Made by a program: the position numbers and the translations under genes. A stretch of DNA of 59,652 nucleotides, counting the filler. It is 4 parts of 4 records of this genome, joined end to end, with 100 filler letters (N's around TTAATTAATTAA, not from the genome) between each part and the next. Parts side by side here need not be neighbours in the genome. Positions count along the whole stretch, not along the records: positions 1 to 21,214 come from SRR22947727_1941; positions 21,315 to 36,913 come from SRR22947727_1942; 2 more parts are not named here. One strand, 5' to 3'. The notes beneath the pieces were generated by a model. That model was not told where the DNA came from and did no database searches. It saw nothing but the letters and a program-made list of their open reading frames with translations. Numbering within the stretch: position 1 is the stretch's first letter; each line of letters starts with the position of its first letter. This document shows positions 19,475-30,093 of the stretch, piece after piece.

Positions 19475-20488
19475 CTACTGCTGCGGCTGCAGCTTCAGAT
19501 TCTCAGCGAGCGTGGTCTGCGGTTGTTCCTTGTATTGCTCCAAATACCGCCGTGCAAAGTGACCGCGGCTAGAGAAACCCATCGATGCCGCGCTGTCACC
19601 AACACCCTTTACACCCAGGCTGGCGCGAAGGGCGGGCTCAAGCAGCAACTGCCTCACGCGGTCCATGCGGATGGAGCGCTGCAGCTCCAAAGGTGTTCGT
19701 TCGAAATGCTCGCGGGATCCTCGGAATAATGAGGTTCGAGATTGAAACAGCTCGGAGCTGAGGTCCTCCACGGTGACGGTTTTCATAGGGTTCTCTGCGC
19801 ACCAGTGCAGCAGGTCGATGGCTGCTTCATGGCGTGCCTCTCGATTGGCGATGTGCATGGTGCGTGCCTGGGTTTGCTCAAAGCAGCGAATCACGATTTC
19901 GATCAACTGCTCGGGTTCTTCGTGGTTTGAATTCGAAGGGTTTTGCCCCTCTTGTATCGATTGGCTGAGCTGATCCTGCAGTGCCTGCCGAAGTTCCGGA
20001 AGCAGTTCGAGTTGGTTGGTGCTTTTCCAGCGTTCCAGGCTGAGCTGGCTTGCTCCCAGTCGGGCCAGGTGTTCCAGCAGAACGTCTTTGCCAATCACGA
20101 TGGTGGCCAGCCGAGAACCAGCAGGCACCTTTAGATCGAAGTTGGTGAGTTGCTGGTTGTATCCCATCAGGGCTGGCCAAGACACGGGAATGCCCTGCGC
20201 GCGATAGGGCGATGTCGCATCGACATCATTTAGGGGGACAGCCAAGGTGCAAGCTGTCGATCGCCGGGTACCACTGAGAAACAGGCTTTGGTTCGTTTCG
20301 AGCAGATTGAAGCGAATGGCTCCGAGCTGATAGATGCGCAGTCGCCCTTGCAACGGCCCGCGACTCATCTGCAGCGCGACAAGATCGGCAGACAGGGGCT
20401 TAAACAGCTCCTGCAGCCCATGGCAGCTGGAAAAGGGGCTGTCGAACTGAATCACCAAACAGGTGTCCTTAACAAGGCACGGATACAA
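19475..20488 (-). CDS. AraC-family transcriptional regulator (start uncertain)
   Basis: C-terminal double HTH: VEDLSSELFQSRTSL...TPLEL...IRMDRVRQLL...MGFSSRGHFARRY...EQP. Confidence 0.88.
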   Translation of the reverse strand: MYPCLVKDTCLVIQFDSPFSSCHGLQELFKPLSADLVALQMSRGPLQGRLRIYQLGAIRFNLLETNQSLFLSGTRRSTACTLAVPLNDVDATSPYRAQGIPVSWPALMGYNQQLTNFDLKVPAGSRLATIVIGKDVLLEHLARLGASQLSLERWKSTNQLELLPELRQALQDQLSQSIQEGQNPSNSNHEEPEQLIEIVIRCFEQTQARTMHIANREARHEAAIDLLHWCAENPMKTVTVEDLSSELFQSRTSLFRGSREHFERTPLELQRSIRMDRVRQLLLEPALRASLGVKGVGDSAASMGFSSRGHFARRYLEQYKEQPQTTLAENLKLQPQQ

Positions 20489-20557
20489 CGAAGACTTTAT
20501 TCAGCCTTCATTTGAGTCGCCACCTACAACGTGTTTTTGCGCGTGTTCAGTCGGGGG

Positions 20558-21214
20558 TTAATTGGGTTTACGCACCGCACCAAAGAGGGGATTTTGAACA
20601 GGTGCTGCTACGCCATACGTCACCACAAGTCCTTGGCCTCCTGGGAATGTTGAGGTGCGAGGGCTGTAGCTGTTGTTGATCACAACATCGGCGTCATACC
20701 AATTGTTGGCGCTCCAGATGTTGCCGGCATCATCCACAACAACATCTGTTGTGACTTGGATGACACCGCTTTGATAGTTGTGAATCACATCGCCGGTGGT
20801 TTTCCCATCAGGGCATGTGGATGGGTCTGTTCCGCAGATGTGGATCAGGCTTTGACCGTAGAGGTTGCCAACCCAAACATTGTCGTTTCCGTCAATCGTG
20901 ACGCCCCATGGCACGAAAGCGACTTCACCGGCCACTCCGTTTTTGATAATTTCAAGATCAGGAGAGATCAGGGCAAGATTGCCAAGAGTTTGGAGATTGG
21001 GGTTGGCCGCTGCAAAAGCAGCACCCGCCTCAAATTCCTGCATGATTGTCTTGGGCTGTTGAGGCGGGTTGGGTGTGCCAGGAGGCATCACCGCACCTGC
21101 AGGTAGTGCTCCTGTCGGTGAATTGGATTGTTGAGAGATCCAGGCGTTGCCCTTGGAATCAATCGCAAGACCACGAGCTCCCAATGCCACCGTGACTGTT
21201 TTGTATTGATCAGG
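20558..21214 (-). CDS. C-terminal part of an NHL/beta-propeller repeat protein, 5'-truncated at the contig end
   Basis: Repeats GLAIDSKGNAW, GVTIDGNDNVW and DVVVDDAGNIW. The frame runs into the linker. Confidence 0.7.
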   Translation of the reverse strand, partial: PDQYKTVTVALGARGLAIDSKGNAWISQQSNSPTGALPAGAVMPPGTPNPPQQPKTIMQEFEAGAAFAAANPNLQTLGNLALISPDLEIIKNGVAGEVAFVPWGVTIDGNDNVWVGNLYGQSLIHICGTDPSTCPDGKTTGDVIHNYQSGVIQVTTDVVVDDAGNIWSANNWYDADVVINNSYSPRTSTFPGGQGLVVTYGVAAPVQNPLFGAVRKPN

Positions 21215-21314
21215 NNNNNNNNNNNNNNNNNNNNNNNNNNNNNNNNNNNNNNNNNNNNTTAATTAATTAANNNNNNNNNNNNNNNNNNNNNNNNNNNNNN
21301 NNNNNNNNNNNNNN
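21215..21314. other. Artificial contig linker
   Basis: 44 N + TTAATTAATTAA (stops in all six frames) + 44 N. Confidence 0.99.
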
Positions 21315-22121
<807 letters not shown>

Positions 22122-22205
22122 GCGATAGGCCTGCTGCCGTTACTGCGGAACAGGATACGACCAGTACCGCGTTAAGAACTAAGAATAGAGAAGAGAGTCG
22201 ACAAC

Positions 22206-23267
22206 ATGGCCAGCTTAGAAAATGATCGATTTTTGCGTGCACTCCTGCGTGAACCCGTAGATCGAACGCCGCTTTGGATGATGCGCCAAGCGGGCCGCTA
22301 CCTGCCAGAGTATCGCGAGATACGGGCCGAGGCAGGGAGCTTTATGAACTTATGTACTAACCCTGAGCTTGCTTGCGAAGTGACGTTGCAGCCGCTGCGG
22401 CGCTACGCGATGGACGCAGCTATTTTGTTCTCCGATATTTTGACCGTGCCAGACGCGCTGGGACTCGGCTTGTACTTTTCAGAGGGAGAGGGCCCCCGCT
22501 TTGAGCGACCCCTCTCTACCGCCGCCGAAATTAATGCCCTCGATCCAGCGCGTGCCGCGAGTGAACTCGGCTATGTCATGGATGCGGTATCGCTGATTCG
22601 TCGAGAGCTCAAAGGCAGTATTCCATTGATCGGTTTTGCCGGTAGCCCCTGGACCCTGGCCACTTACATGGTGGAGGGCGGCTCGAGTAAAGATTTTGCC
22701 AAAGTGAAGTCGCTGGCCTTCAATGAACCTGAGCTGATGCATCAGCTGTTATCCAAGCTGGCGACATCGGTGGCGGCTTATTTGAGTGAGCAGATTCGCA
22801 GTGGTGCGCAGGCGGTACAAATATTTGATACCTGGGGCGGGGCACTGAGTCATAACGCCTATCGCGAGTTTTCCTTGCGCTATATGACAGAGATTATTGA
22901 TCAGCTGCCAAGAGAGGCGGATGGCCGTAAAGTGCCGGTGATCGTTTTTACCAAGGGCGGTGGCCAATGGTTAGAAGCTATTGCTGATTGCGGCGCGGAT
23001 GCGGTGGGGTTGGATTGGACGACTGATATCGGTGCCGCGCGGGAGAGAGTAGGGGATCGCGTCTGTCTTCAGGGCAATATGGATCCAACGCTACTCAATG
23101 CGTCACCTGAGCGTATTCGAGAGGAAGTGGAGCAGATTCTGACCTCATTCGGACAAGGCAGCGGTCATGTGTTCAATTTAGGACACGGCATTACGCCGGG
23201 CATTAATCCTGATCATGTTGCTGCGATGGTAGATGCGGTAGTGGAGCTTTCGCCCGCCTACCACTGA
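22206..23267 (+). CDS. hemE: Uroporphyrinogen decarboxylase
   Basis: [33 protein letters not shown] and FNLGHGI. Confidence 0.98.
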   Translation: MASLENDRFLRALLREPVDRTPLWMMRQAGRYLPEYREIRAEAGSFMNLCTNPELACEVTLQPLRRYAMDAAILFSDILTVPDALGLGLYFSEGEGPRFERPLSTAAEINALDPARAASELGYVMDAVSLIRRELKGSIPLIGFAGSPWTLATYMVEGGSSKDFAKVKSLAFNEPELMHQLLSKLATSVAAYLSEQIRSGAQAVQIFDTWGGALSHNAYREFSLRYMTEIIDQLPREADGRKVPVIVFTKGGGQWLEAIADCGADAVGLDWTTDIGAARERVGDRVCLQGNMDPTLLNASPERIREEVEQILTSFGQGSGHVFNLGHGITPGINPDHVAAMVDAVVELSPAYH

Positions 23268-24082
23268 GGCTCTGGGATCGCATGATCCATATCGAGCGCG
23301 GGAGAGTTTGACGTCGGTTTGCCAACGACTCTTGCTGGGACACCTGCGACGGTGGTGTGGGCCGGCACATCTTGCAGTACCACTGAGCCAGCGCCTACCT
23401 TGGCCCCTTCGCCTACATGAATATTGCCCAGGATCGTGGCGCCCGCGCTGATTAAAACGCCATCGCCAATTTTAGGGTGACGATCGCCGTCTTCTTTTCC
23501 GGTGCCGCCTAAGGTCACTGACTGTAATATCGATACGCGATTGCCTACGACGGCGGTTTCTCCGATGACCAGGCCTGTAGCGTGGTCAAGCATAATGCCA
23601 TGCCCGAAGCGCGCAGCAGGATGAATATCGATACCAAACTGCCGTGCCATTTGGCTCTGCAAAAAATGCGCTAAGGGTTTACGGTTGTGTGTCCACAGCC
23701 AATGACCAATGCGGTGAATTTGCAGCGCCTGAAAGCCCTTAAAGTACAGAAACGGCAGGTAAAGTTCATGGCAGGCAGAGTCGCGATCGATAATGGCGTT
23801 CAAGTCATCGCGAATAGCGCTGCGGATACCGCTGTCATCTTGCAGCGCTTCTAAAATGACCTCACGCAGCATCATCGCTGGCGCAGTGGGGCTGCCCAGC
23901 AAGTTCGCAAGATGAAAGCTTAAAGCACTCTCTAGTTCGTCGTGATTAAGAATCGTCGCGTGCAGAAAACTCGCTAAAATGGGCTCGGCAGCGGCAGTAT
24001 CGCGTGTCTCTCGAAGAATACGCGCCCAGATGGGGTCGCCCTGTTCGATCTGCTTAATGTTGTCGCGATGTGTTGCGGTCAT
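23258..24082 (-). CDS. cysE: Serine O-acetyltransferase
   Basis: [37 protein letters not shown] and hexapeptide repeats. Confidence 0.97.
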   Translation of the reverse strand: MTATHRDNIKQIEQGDPIWARILRETRDTAAAEPILASFLHATILNHDELESALSFHLANLLGSPTAPAMMLREVILEALQDDSGIRSAIRDDLNAIIDRDSACHELYLPFLYFKGFQALQIHRIGHWLWTHNRKPLAHFLQSQMARQFGIDIHPAARFGHGIMLDHATGLVIGETAVVGNRVSILQSVTLGGTGKEDGDRHPKIGDGVLISAGATILGNIHVGEGAKVGAGSVVLQDVPAHTTVAGVPARVVGKPTSNSPALDMDHAIPEPQW

Positions 24083-24167
24083 GGTCTAACGCTCTGTCGC
24101 ACAGTGCTCGTTCACCGTGCTAATAAGTGTAGCGAAAACAGAGCGTATATCAGGTTTTGCCCGGATA

Positions 24168-24899
24168 CTAGCGGGAGAATGTCCCTTGGAAACGCCATAA
24201 CGTTTGCCCTCGCTCATGATATTTGCGCTCAAACAAGGTGTGCGGCGGATTGGGCGCAAAGGTTTCTAGGCTGCCTGATAACCCGATCAATTCGGCCGCT
24301 TGTGCAAATTCAGTTGCGTACACCTGCCAGTTACTGCGCATTTCCAGCTGGCCGCCCAGTTTGGCCAGTAGTGGAAAAGCACCATGACCGTGAACTCTGC
24401 GTCTCAATTGTGAGGGCTTGGGCCAAGGATTCGGATACAGCATCCAGTGGGCCGTTAACGAGATGTCTGCCTCGATCAGGCAGCGCCAAAAGGATTCCGC
24501 TTCCGCTTGTAAGAGCAGATAATTTGCCTGCCCCAGCACTTGATGCTTGGCTAATCGGTAAGCGGATTGATCGATTCCCACCACTAACGCCTCTGGGTGC
24601 TGCGCGGCGAGCATCGCGGTACTCATGCCCGTACCGCAGTAGGAATCTAAGATGAGGGGCCTAGGGTTATCGAGATAGCGTGATTGCAGTTGTTCAAAAG
24701 CGTTTTGTGTATGGCGTGGGCACGGTTTGCGCCACGGGTGCGCAAGATGATGGCGCACAATGCGCTCTAGATCTGGGTGCGGTGACGCTTGCCGGGTCTG
24801 GATGACCGCATGGGTGACGTCGGACGGTTCTGTTTGCGCAGTTGAATTCACCTTGCCATCATACCGCGCTATGACATGCTTTACGGATGAGGAAGACAT
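24168..24899 (-). CDS. TrmB-like SAM-dependent methyltransferase (true start probably downstream of 24899)
   Basis: LILDSYCGTG, YPNPWPK...RR and TLFERKY motifs of tRNA m7G46 methyltransferase-like proteins. Confidence 0.8.
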   Translation of the reverse strand: MSSSSVKHVIARYDGKVNSTAQTEPSDVTHAVIQTRQASPHPDLERIVRHHLAHPWRKPCPRHTQNAFEQLQSRYLDNPRPLILDSYCGTGMSTAMLAAQHPEALVVGIDQSAYRLAKHQVLGQANYLLLQAEAESFWRCLIEADISLTAHWMLYPNPWPKPSQLRRRVHGHGAFPLLAKLGGQLEMRSNWQVYATEFAQAAELIGLSGSLETFAPNPPHTLFERKYHERGQTLWRFQGTFSR

Positions 24900-25630
24900 C
24901 AGTGCGAGAGGATCTTCGCCCTTACTGGGTTAAACGGGCTTATCTTGTTTTGAGAGACCGTTGGATTGATTGGTTTGTCAGGCCTCGCTGTGTTCAGTTG
25001 GGGCCCCACGCCAACATCATGTCGCCTTGGTATGTCGATATCTCGGGACCGAATATCGCGATTGGGCATTCTTTTACCGCCATCAACACCGCCAGCCAGC
25101 GAGTGCAGATTGGTGTCTGGGGTCGGGCGCCCGGTGAGGGTCAGATTACTCTGGGCAATGCCTGCTTGATGAGCCCGGGGTCGCGTATCAGCGCCAGCGA
25201 TAGTATTACGTTGGGCGACGGCTGCATGCTCGCCAACGGCGCCTATATCACTGACTCAGATTGGCATGGCTTGTATGACCGTATTGACCGCGCCGATGAG
25301 GCCACACCGGTTTATCTGGGCGCCAATGTCTGGGTGGGGGACCATGCCACCGTGCTAAAAGGGGTGACGATTGGCGACAATAGTATTGTCGCGGCCCAAG
25401 CCGTCGTGACAAGCAATGTGCCTGCCAACGTTGTCGTGGCGGGTAATCCCGCTAAAGTCATCAAGGCACTCGACCCTGATGTCGAGCGCTACACGCGCTC
25501 CGATTTGTATGCAGACCCCGCCAAAACCGCTCAGCAATTTAAAGAGTTGGACCACTATGTGCTCCACAAAAACACCTTTTGGAGTTGGTTTTGGACGCTG
25601 CTTTATCCGCGCGCCCGGCGCGACCGGTGA
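24887..25630 (+). CDS. Hexapeptide-repeat acyltransferase
   Basis: ITDSDWH, VYLGANVWVG, GVTIGDNSIVAA and VAGNPAKVI. Confidence 0.85.
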   Translation: MRKTSVREDLRPYWVKRAYLVLRDRWIDWFVRPRCVQLGPHANIMSPWYVDISGPNIAIGHSFTAINTASQRVQIGVWGRAPGEGQITLGNACLMSPGSRISASDSITLGDGCMLANGAYITDSDWHGLYDRIDRADEATPVYLGANVWVGDHATVLKGVTIGDNSIVAAQAVVTSNVPANVVVAGNPAKVIKALDPDVERYTRSDLYADPAKTAQQFKELDHYVLHKNTFWSWFWTLLYPRARRDR

Positions 25631-25631
25631 G

Positions 25632-26606
25632 TCACAAGAGCCTCAGTGGAGGCTCCTCTAGCAGCGATAACTGCTCTCTGAGTGCGAGAATTTGATCGGC
25701 CCAATAACGCGGTTGGCCGAACCAAGGAAAGGCGGCAGGAAAAGCGGGGTCATCCCACCGGCGCGCCAACCAGGCGCTGTAGTAGACCATGCGGGCGGTG
25801 CGCAGCGCTTCGATCCACTTCACCTCCCGCGTATCGAAATCTTGAAATTCCTCATAGCCCGCAATCAGTTCCGATAGTTGTCGTTCCCGCTGATTGCGAT
25901 CGCCCGATAAAAACATCCACAGATCCTGAATAGCAGGCCCGGTCACGCAGTCGTCTAAGTCGACAAAGTGGGGCGTCTCGTCGCGCCACAAAATATTACC
26001 CACGTGGCAGTCGCCATGCACACGAATACCCTGTTTGGGGTCGTAATCCATCATCAGTGCGCTGGCGCGCTCGACCAGATCCTTGCCTAGGGTGTTCCAG
26101 GCGGGCTGCAACTCAGTGGGTATCCAGTGTTCTGCTAGGTAGTGAATTGGCTCAACTAACCAACGCTGCAGCGAGTAGTCGATGCGTTCGTCAAAGCGCT
26201 TCACGCGTCCAACCCCGTGCATCCGCCCGAGCGTGCGGCCCAGACCTAAAAGGTGGTCGGCATTATCGAGCTCTGGAGCGTGACCCCCGCGACGGGGAAA
26301 AATAGCGATGAGGTAGCCCCCCGCTTCATGCAGGGTTTGCCCGTTGATACTCATAGGCGCCACGACGGAGAGCTCTGCCGCAGTAAGCTCTTGCGTAAAG
26401 TTATGTTCTTCTTGGATCTGTGCGCGCGTCCAGCGTCCGGGGCGATAAAATTTGGCAATGACCGGTTCGGCATCCTCTAAGCCAAATTGATAGACCCGGT
26501 TCTCGTAACTGTTGAGCGCCAAGATGCGGAGGTCGCCGAGTAATCCGATGGACTCCACACAGCTAATGACGTTATCGGGCGTTAGGCTCTCGTAGGGATG
26601 GTTCAT
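25632..26606 (-). CDS. srkA: Stress response Ser/Thr protein kinase SrkA/RdoA (YihE)
   Basis: LNSYENRVY, AKFYRPGRW, HGDCHVGN, VDLDD and RWDDPAFP. Start set at MNHPY. Confidence 0.93.
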   Translation of the reverse strand: MNHPYESLTPDNVISCVESIGLLGDLRILALNSYENRVYQFGLEDAEPVIAKFYRPGRWTRAQIQEEHNFTQELTAAELSVVAPMSINGQTLHEAGGYLIAIFPRRGGHAPELDNADHLLGLGRTLGRMHGVGRVKRFDERIDYSLQRWLVEPIHYLAEHWIPTELQPAWNTLGKDLVERASALMMDYDPKQGIRVHGDCHVGNILWRDETPHFVDLDDCVTGPAIQDLWMFLSGDRNQRERQLSELIAGYEEFQDFDTREVKWIEALRTARMVYYSAWLARRWDDPAFPAAFPWFGQPRYWADQILALREQLSLLEEPPLRLL

Positions 26607-27417
26607 GATGGGCCTCCCCATTGCACAGGCCGCCATGGTACCGCGTAAGGGGTGCGCCCGGTTGGGGTGTTCTCGCCAAACACCATATTGTTACCGCTTT
26701 GGCACCGGCCTCGAGGCAGGTAGCGGCGGCCGCATTAACCGTGGCCCCTGTGGTCATGACATCGTCGATTAATACCACCCGATGGCCTTTAACATCCGTG
26801 CTGGCCGCGAAGCGCTGATGTTGGTTGTGCCAGCGAGCTGAACGAGTGAGACGATGCTGGCTGGCCCCACCGCGTGTATTACGCAACCACGGTTTGATCG
26901 GTAACGAATGAGGATGTGCCGCACCGATCGCTTGCGCCAGCACTCTAGTGTGGTCAAAGCCGCGACGCAGCTGGCGACGCCACTGAGTCGGTATGGGTAC
27001 TAATATCAGGGGGCTCGTTGGCGGCGGCGTGGGAAAGATTTCTCTGATAAACAGTGCTGCGAGCAATGGCGACAGCTGAGGCTGATGCTGAAATTTCCAC
27101 AGATGAATGAGGTCCCTGATTCCCGTTTGCATTAAAAAGGGCGCCCGTGTCTTTGTAAAATAGAGCCGGTGCTGATGACAGTGTTTGCAGCGATTGCGCG
27201 GGGTCACGGAGGCGATGCCGGATGAGGGAAGCCCACAGCGGGGGCAGGCGATAGGGTTACGCGGTAAGCGCTGATCACAGCCGTCACAGATTGCACCGGT
27301 AGCCTGATGTGTTTGTTGGCAGAGGATACAGACTGCGGGTGCCAGCCATTGCATGGCGCTCGTTGCTTGCTCCAAGACAGCCTGCAAGGCGCGACGGCCG
27401 CAGTGCTGAGGTGGCAT
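26572..27417 (-). CDS. comF: ComF family protein (zinc ribbon + phosphoribosyltransferase domain), start uncertain
   Basis: CxxC pairs (CILC, CDGC, CPRC, CKHC), RRGFDH and VLIDDVMTTGAT. Confidence 0.85.
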   Translation of the reverse strand: MPPQHCGRRALQAVLEQATSAMQWLAPAVCILCQQTHQATGAICDGCDQRLPRNPIACPRCGLPSSGIASVTPRNRCKHCHQHRLYFTKTRAPFLMQTGIRDLIHLWKFQHQPQLSPLLAALFIREIFPTPPPTSPLILVPIPTQWRRQLRRGFDHTRVLAQAIGAAHPHSLPIKPWLRNTRGGASQHRLTRSARWHNQHQRFAASTDVKGHRVVLIDDVMTTGATVNAAAATCLEAGAKAVTIWCLARTPQPGAPLTRYHGGLCNGEAHHEPSLREPNAR

Positions 27418-27664
27418 CGGTTGCGAGCGTGCAGCCGTTTCGTGCGGGCCACCGTTTGGCGGATTAAGTGACCGGTGGTTTTGGGGGGGCATACCGTTAC
27501 CGCAGGGGCCTCTGATAGCGAGCACTCATCTTGTGTTGTAAAGGCCAGTAAGAAAACATCCGCGTGCGTCATGCGCAGTCAAAACGGGGCGCTGATGAGA
27601 AATAGTTGGTCTTGGATGCGTCAAGGTTTAGAGTGGTCTCTCTCGATTCAAGCTGTTTTTTACT

Positions 27665-27877
27665 ATGTCCGACGCCAACCAACCCAGTGATGAGACAGCA
27701 TCAAAAACACTGTCTAACGAAGACCAGAACCGGGTAGATGGCTTTTTGGCGCGTGGCGTCAATTCGGTTGAGCGCAGACCGTTCCGCCCCGTTTTTTTGA
27801 TCGTGATACTCATCGCAGTGGTGACAGGTTTTAGCTTGCTAAGCCAAGGTATTGCCCAGTGGGCGGGTATTTACTGA
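27665..27877 (+). CDS. DUF3094-like small membrane protein
   Basis: LSNEDQNRVDGFL...VERRPFRP followed by one TM helix. Confidence 0.7.
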   Translation: MSDANQPSDETASKTLSNEDQNRVDGFLARGVNSVERRPFRPVFLIVILIAVVTGFSLLSQGIAQWAGIY

Positions 27878-27893
27878 GCCCGAGGCGACCATC

Positions 27894-27922
27894 TTGGCCC
27901 GTATTTCGTGTTTTGGTATTCT
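27894..27922 (+). promoter_or_regulatory. Sigma70 promoter of tRNA-Pro
   Basis: TTGGCC-17 bp-TATTCT followed by a GC-rich discriminator (GCGCG), 8 nt before the tRNA. Confidence 0.55.
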
Positions 27923-27930
27923 GCGCGTCT

Positions 27931-28007
27931 CGGTGTGTGGCGCAGCCTGGTAGCGCACTTCCTTCGGGAGGAAGGGGTCGGAGGTTCAAATCCTCTCACA
28001 CCGACCA
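27931..28007 (+). tRNA. tRNA-Pro(CGG)
   Basis: Acceptor stem CGGTGTG/CACACCG, D arm GCGCAGCCTGGTAGCGC, anticodon arm CTTCC-TTCGGGA-GGAAG, T loop GGTTCAAATCC, encoded CCA. Confidence 0.97.
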
Positions 28008-28547
28008 AATTTATTTCTAATATTCAATTGCTTATTACTAGTCCGCCAACAGCTTCAAATGGATTTTTAGGGTCGTACAACAACACTACAGCATTTAGCA
28101 CACCAAATAGACGCATATAGTCTGGTCTACTACACCCCACTTAAGTTTCTCTCGGCTAGCTAGGTGGGGCAGGATCTACTTCAAGGGAGGCGGGGGGTTA
28201 AAGCCCCTTGCTTATCCCAGCGATACTGCTGACACACATCAGAAGCTGATTTTAAAAAAAGGGGTAACTGCGATTAGTTGGCTACGGAGCGTGTCTAATC
28301 GACGGCGCTTGGTTTCTCTTTACGCGCCGCATGGCCAGCATTGTTAGAGGGGTTACGGAAAACGCATCCCTTTCATTTGCAGATCATCCCAGTTGTAGGT
28401 GCAAGATATACCCAGAGGTATTTCGAGCCGCTCCTTAGCCTCAAAGCTCTTCGTTGCTGAGAATGAATCTAATGGGTCGTGCTGGTGTGGATTCCATTCA
28501 CAAAGGGTATCTAAAGGCGCCAGAAAGCGAGCCTTTATTCCATGCCG

Positions 28548-28949
28548 CTAGCCGCTACTACACACCCAAGCACCGTCAACGTAGATGATGGTTTGGTAAG
28601 GAAGGCAGGTGGGAAGGATATCCGCACAGACTAAGGCACTGCCATCAAACGTGATGCTTTGTCCTGCGGTGCAACCCGAAGGCAATTGGAGACAAGAATT
28701 AACTTTCGTTGTCAGGCCTGAGATCTCGAGCGCATTGCTGGTTATGGAGTTCGTGTTGGCTTGGGCTATTAAGCCATTGTTGTTGACCTTTTTTTCGGTC
28801 TTTTTGTTATTTTTGTTGAAATCATCAGCTCTAATGATGCTATTCGCTACGAGGGCGTTTAGTAGGAGATTTGGCTCTGCTGCTGGTGGGGTGGCCTGTG
28901 TGGCGGCTGCGCCACAAACAATCAATACAAAAGCGAGTAACCGGGTCAT
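28548..28949 (-). CDS. Secreted hypothetical protein with two Cys-bracketed repeats
   Basis: Signal peptide and GGAGG RBS. C-terminal CTAGQSITFDGSALVC and CLPYQTIIYVDGAWVC. Confidence 0.65.
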   Translation of the reverse strand: MTRLLAFVLIVCGAAATQATPPAAEPNLLLNALVANSIIRADDFNKNNKKTEKKVNNNGLIAQANTNSITSNALEISGLTTKVNSCLQLPSGCTAGQSITFDGSALVCADILPTCLPYQTIIYVDGAWVCSSG

Positions 28950-28950
28950 T

Positions 28951-29181
28951 TCAAACCTCCTTGGTTCGAATCAGATAAACTAAAACCCACACCGCTAATG
29001 CGAGCGAGACTGTGGCCCACAGGGGCATGGAAGGGACGGGCACCGATGACGTTTCCGACGCAAACTGTGCCTCCCCAAATCGCGCCGTACCAAATCGCGC
29101 CACTCCTTGGGCAACGGCAAGCGCGGAAAGACAGGCTGCTGCGACAGTAGCTAGCAGTTTTAAAGGTATTAAATAGCGCAT
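28951..29181 (-). CDS. Mini secreted protein with IPTL-CTERM-like sorting signal
   Basis: Signal peptide ending LAVA-Q, short ARFGT/ARFGE/AQFAS repeat, then VPSMPLWA + TM helix + RTK tail. Confidence 0.6.
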   Translation of the reverse strand: MRYLIPLKLLATVAAACLSALAVAQGVARFGTARFGEAQFASETSSVPVPSMPLWATVSLALAVWVLVYLIRTKEV

Positions 29182-29348
29182 GAGCGGCCCCCGAATTACG
29201 AACTTCATGCTAACAGAGCTAGCATTCTTTTGACACTGACCCTATTTGTACGTGTTGGGTTTTTTTAGGGCTAGTGGACTTAATTAAATAAGGGCGTCCG
29301 ACTGGATCTTGCCTATGCTTATTCGGCTTAGCAGGTTACTGTAGAACC

Positions 29349-29807
29349 ATGAGTAATCACTCGATACCTATTCAATATGATGAGCCGGGGGCCGCTTTAG
29401 GAGGCGCCCCACTCTTTAACTTTGTCTACTGCAGTCAGGTGAGAGAGGGCGTAGAGAGTGCCGATGTCGATAACATCATTGCGGCTTCACGGCGGCGAAA
29501 TCGAGCACAGAGAATTACTGGGCTGTTGGTTTTTGGGAGTGGCGTTTTTTTTCAATGGATTGAAGGCCCCAAGGCTGAGGTCATGAGTCTTGTAAAGCTT
29601 ATCGAAACAGATGTTCGCCATGAAATGATGGTGACATTAAGCACCGATGAGGAGATTCGCGAGCGTATTTTCCCCACTTGGGATATGGAGCTTGTCGATG
29701 CTGAGGACATTCAAGAGGTGCTTCAGGATGCCCTTCAAACAGCGCAAGATAAGCGAAGCATTGATGCCTTGCAGCTTCTGCTTGATAACCTACAGGCGCG
29801 CTCCTAG
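29349..29807 (+). CDS. Stand-alone BLUF blue-light photoreceptor
   Basis: VYCS, SRRRN...ITGLL, FFQWIEG, DVRH, R.FPTWDM: the conserved Tyr/Gln/Trp/Met of BLUF domains. Confidence 0.93.
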   Translation: MSNHSIPIQYDEPGAALGGAPLFNFVYCSQVREGVESADVDNIIAASRRRNRAQRITGLLVFGSGVFFQWIEGPKAEVMSLVKLIETDVRHEMMVTLSTDEEIRERIFPTWDMELVDAEDIQEVLQDALQTAQDKRSIDALQLLLDNLQARS

Positions 29808-29925
29808 GGAAAACTGTCCGGAGTGGCTTGGGCATCCTAGTGACTCTTATGGACCTCTTTCGGGCTTTTCCCCGGCCTCTCTGGCCCACGTAAGCTGAGG
29901 TAGTAACGCCTCACTTCACCCCAAT

Positions 29926-29956
29926 AAGCCCAGCCATGTGTTGGGCTTTGTTTCTT
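29926..29956 (+). terminator. Probable intrinsic terminator after BLUF
   Basis: AAGCCCAGC-catgt-GTTGGGCTT followed by TGTTTCTT. Confidence 0.55.
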
Positions 29957-30093
29957 GGGTTGTTGGGTTGAATCAAACGAGAGAGCCAACAGCAGCCTTA
30001 ACGGGGAGTTGCGCGCCGCTCACATTGACGTGGCAGCGGAAAAGTATATAAGTTAACAGCGGTGCAACGTGTTCTCGGAGAGCTGGCCTCGCT

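Noticed and set aside
21259-21270. TTAATTAATTAA palindrome repeated three times in the window
   Set aside because: Always centred in N runs of identical length. It is a synthetic six-frame stop linker, not biology.
27908-28120. 70-aa ORF
   Set aside because: It is a translation of the tRNA-Pro gene and its flank.
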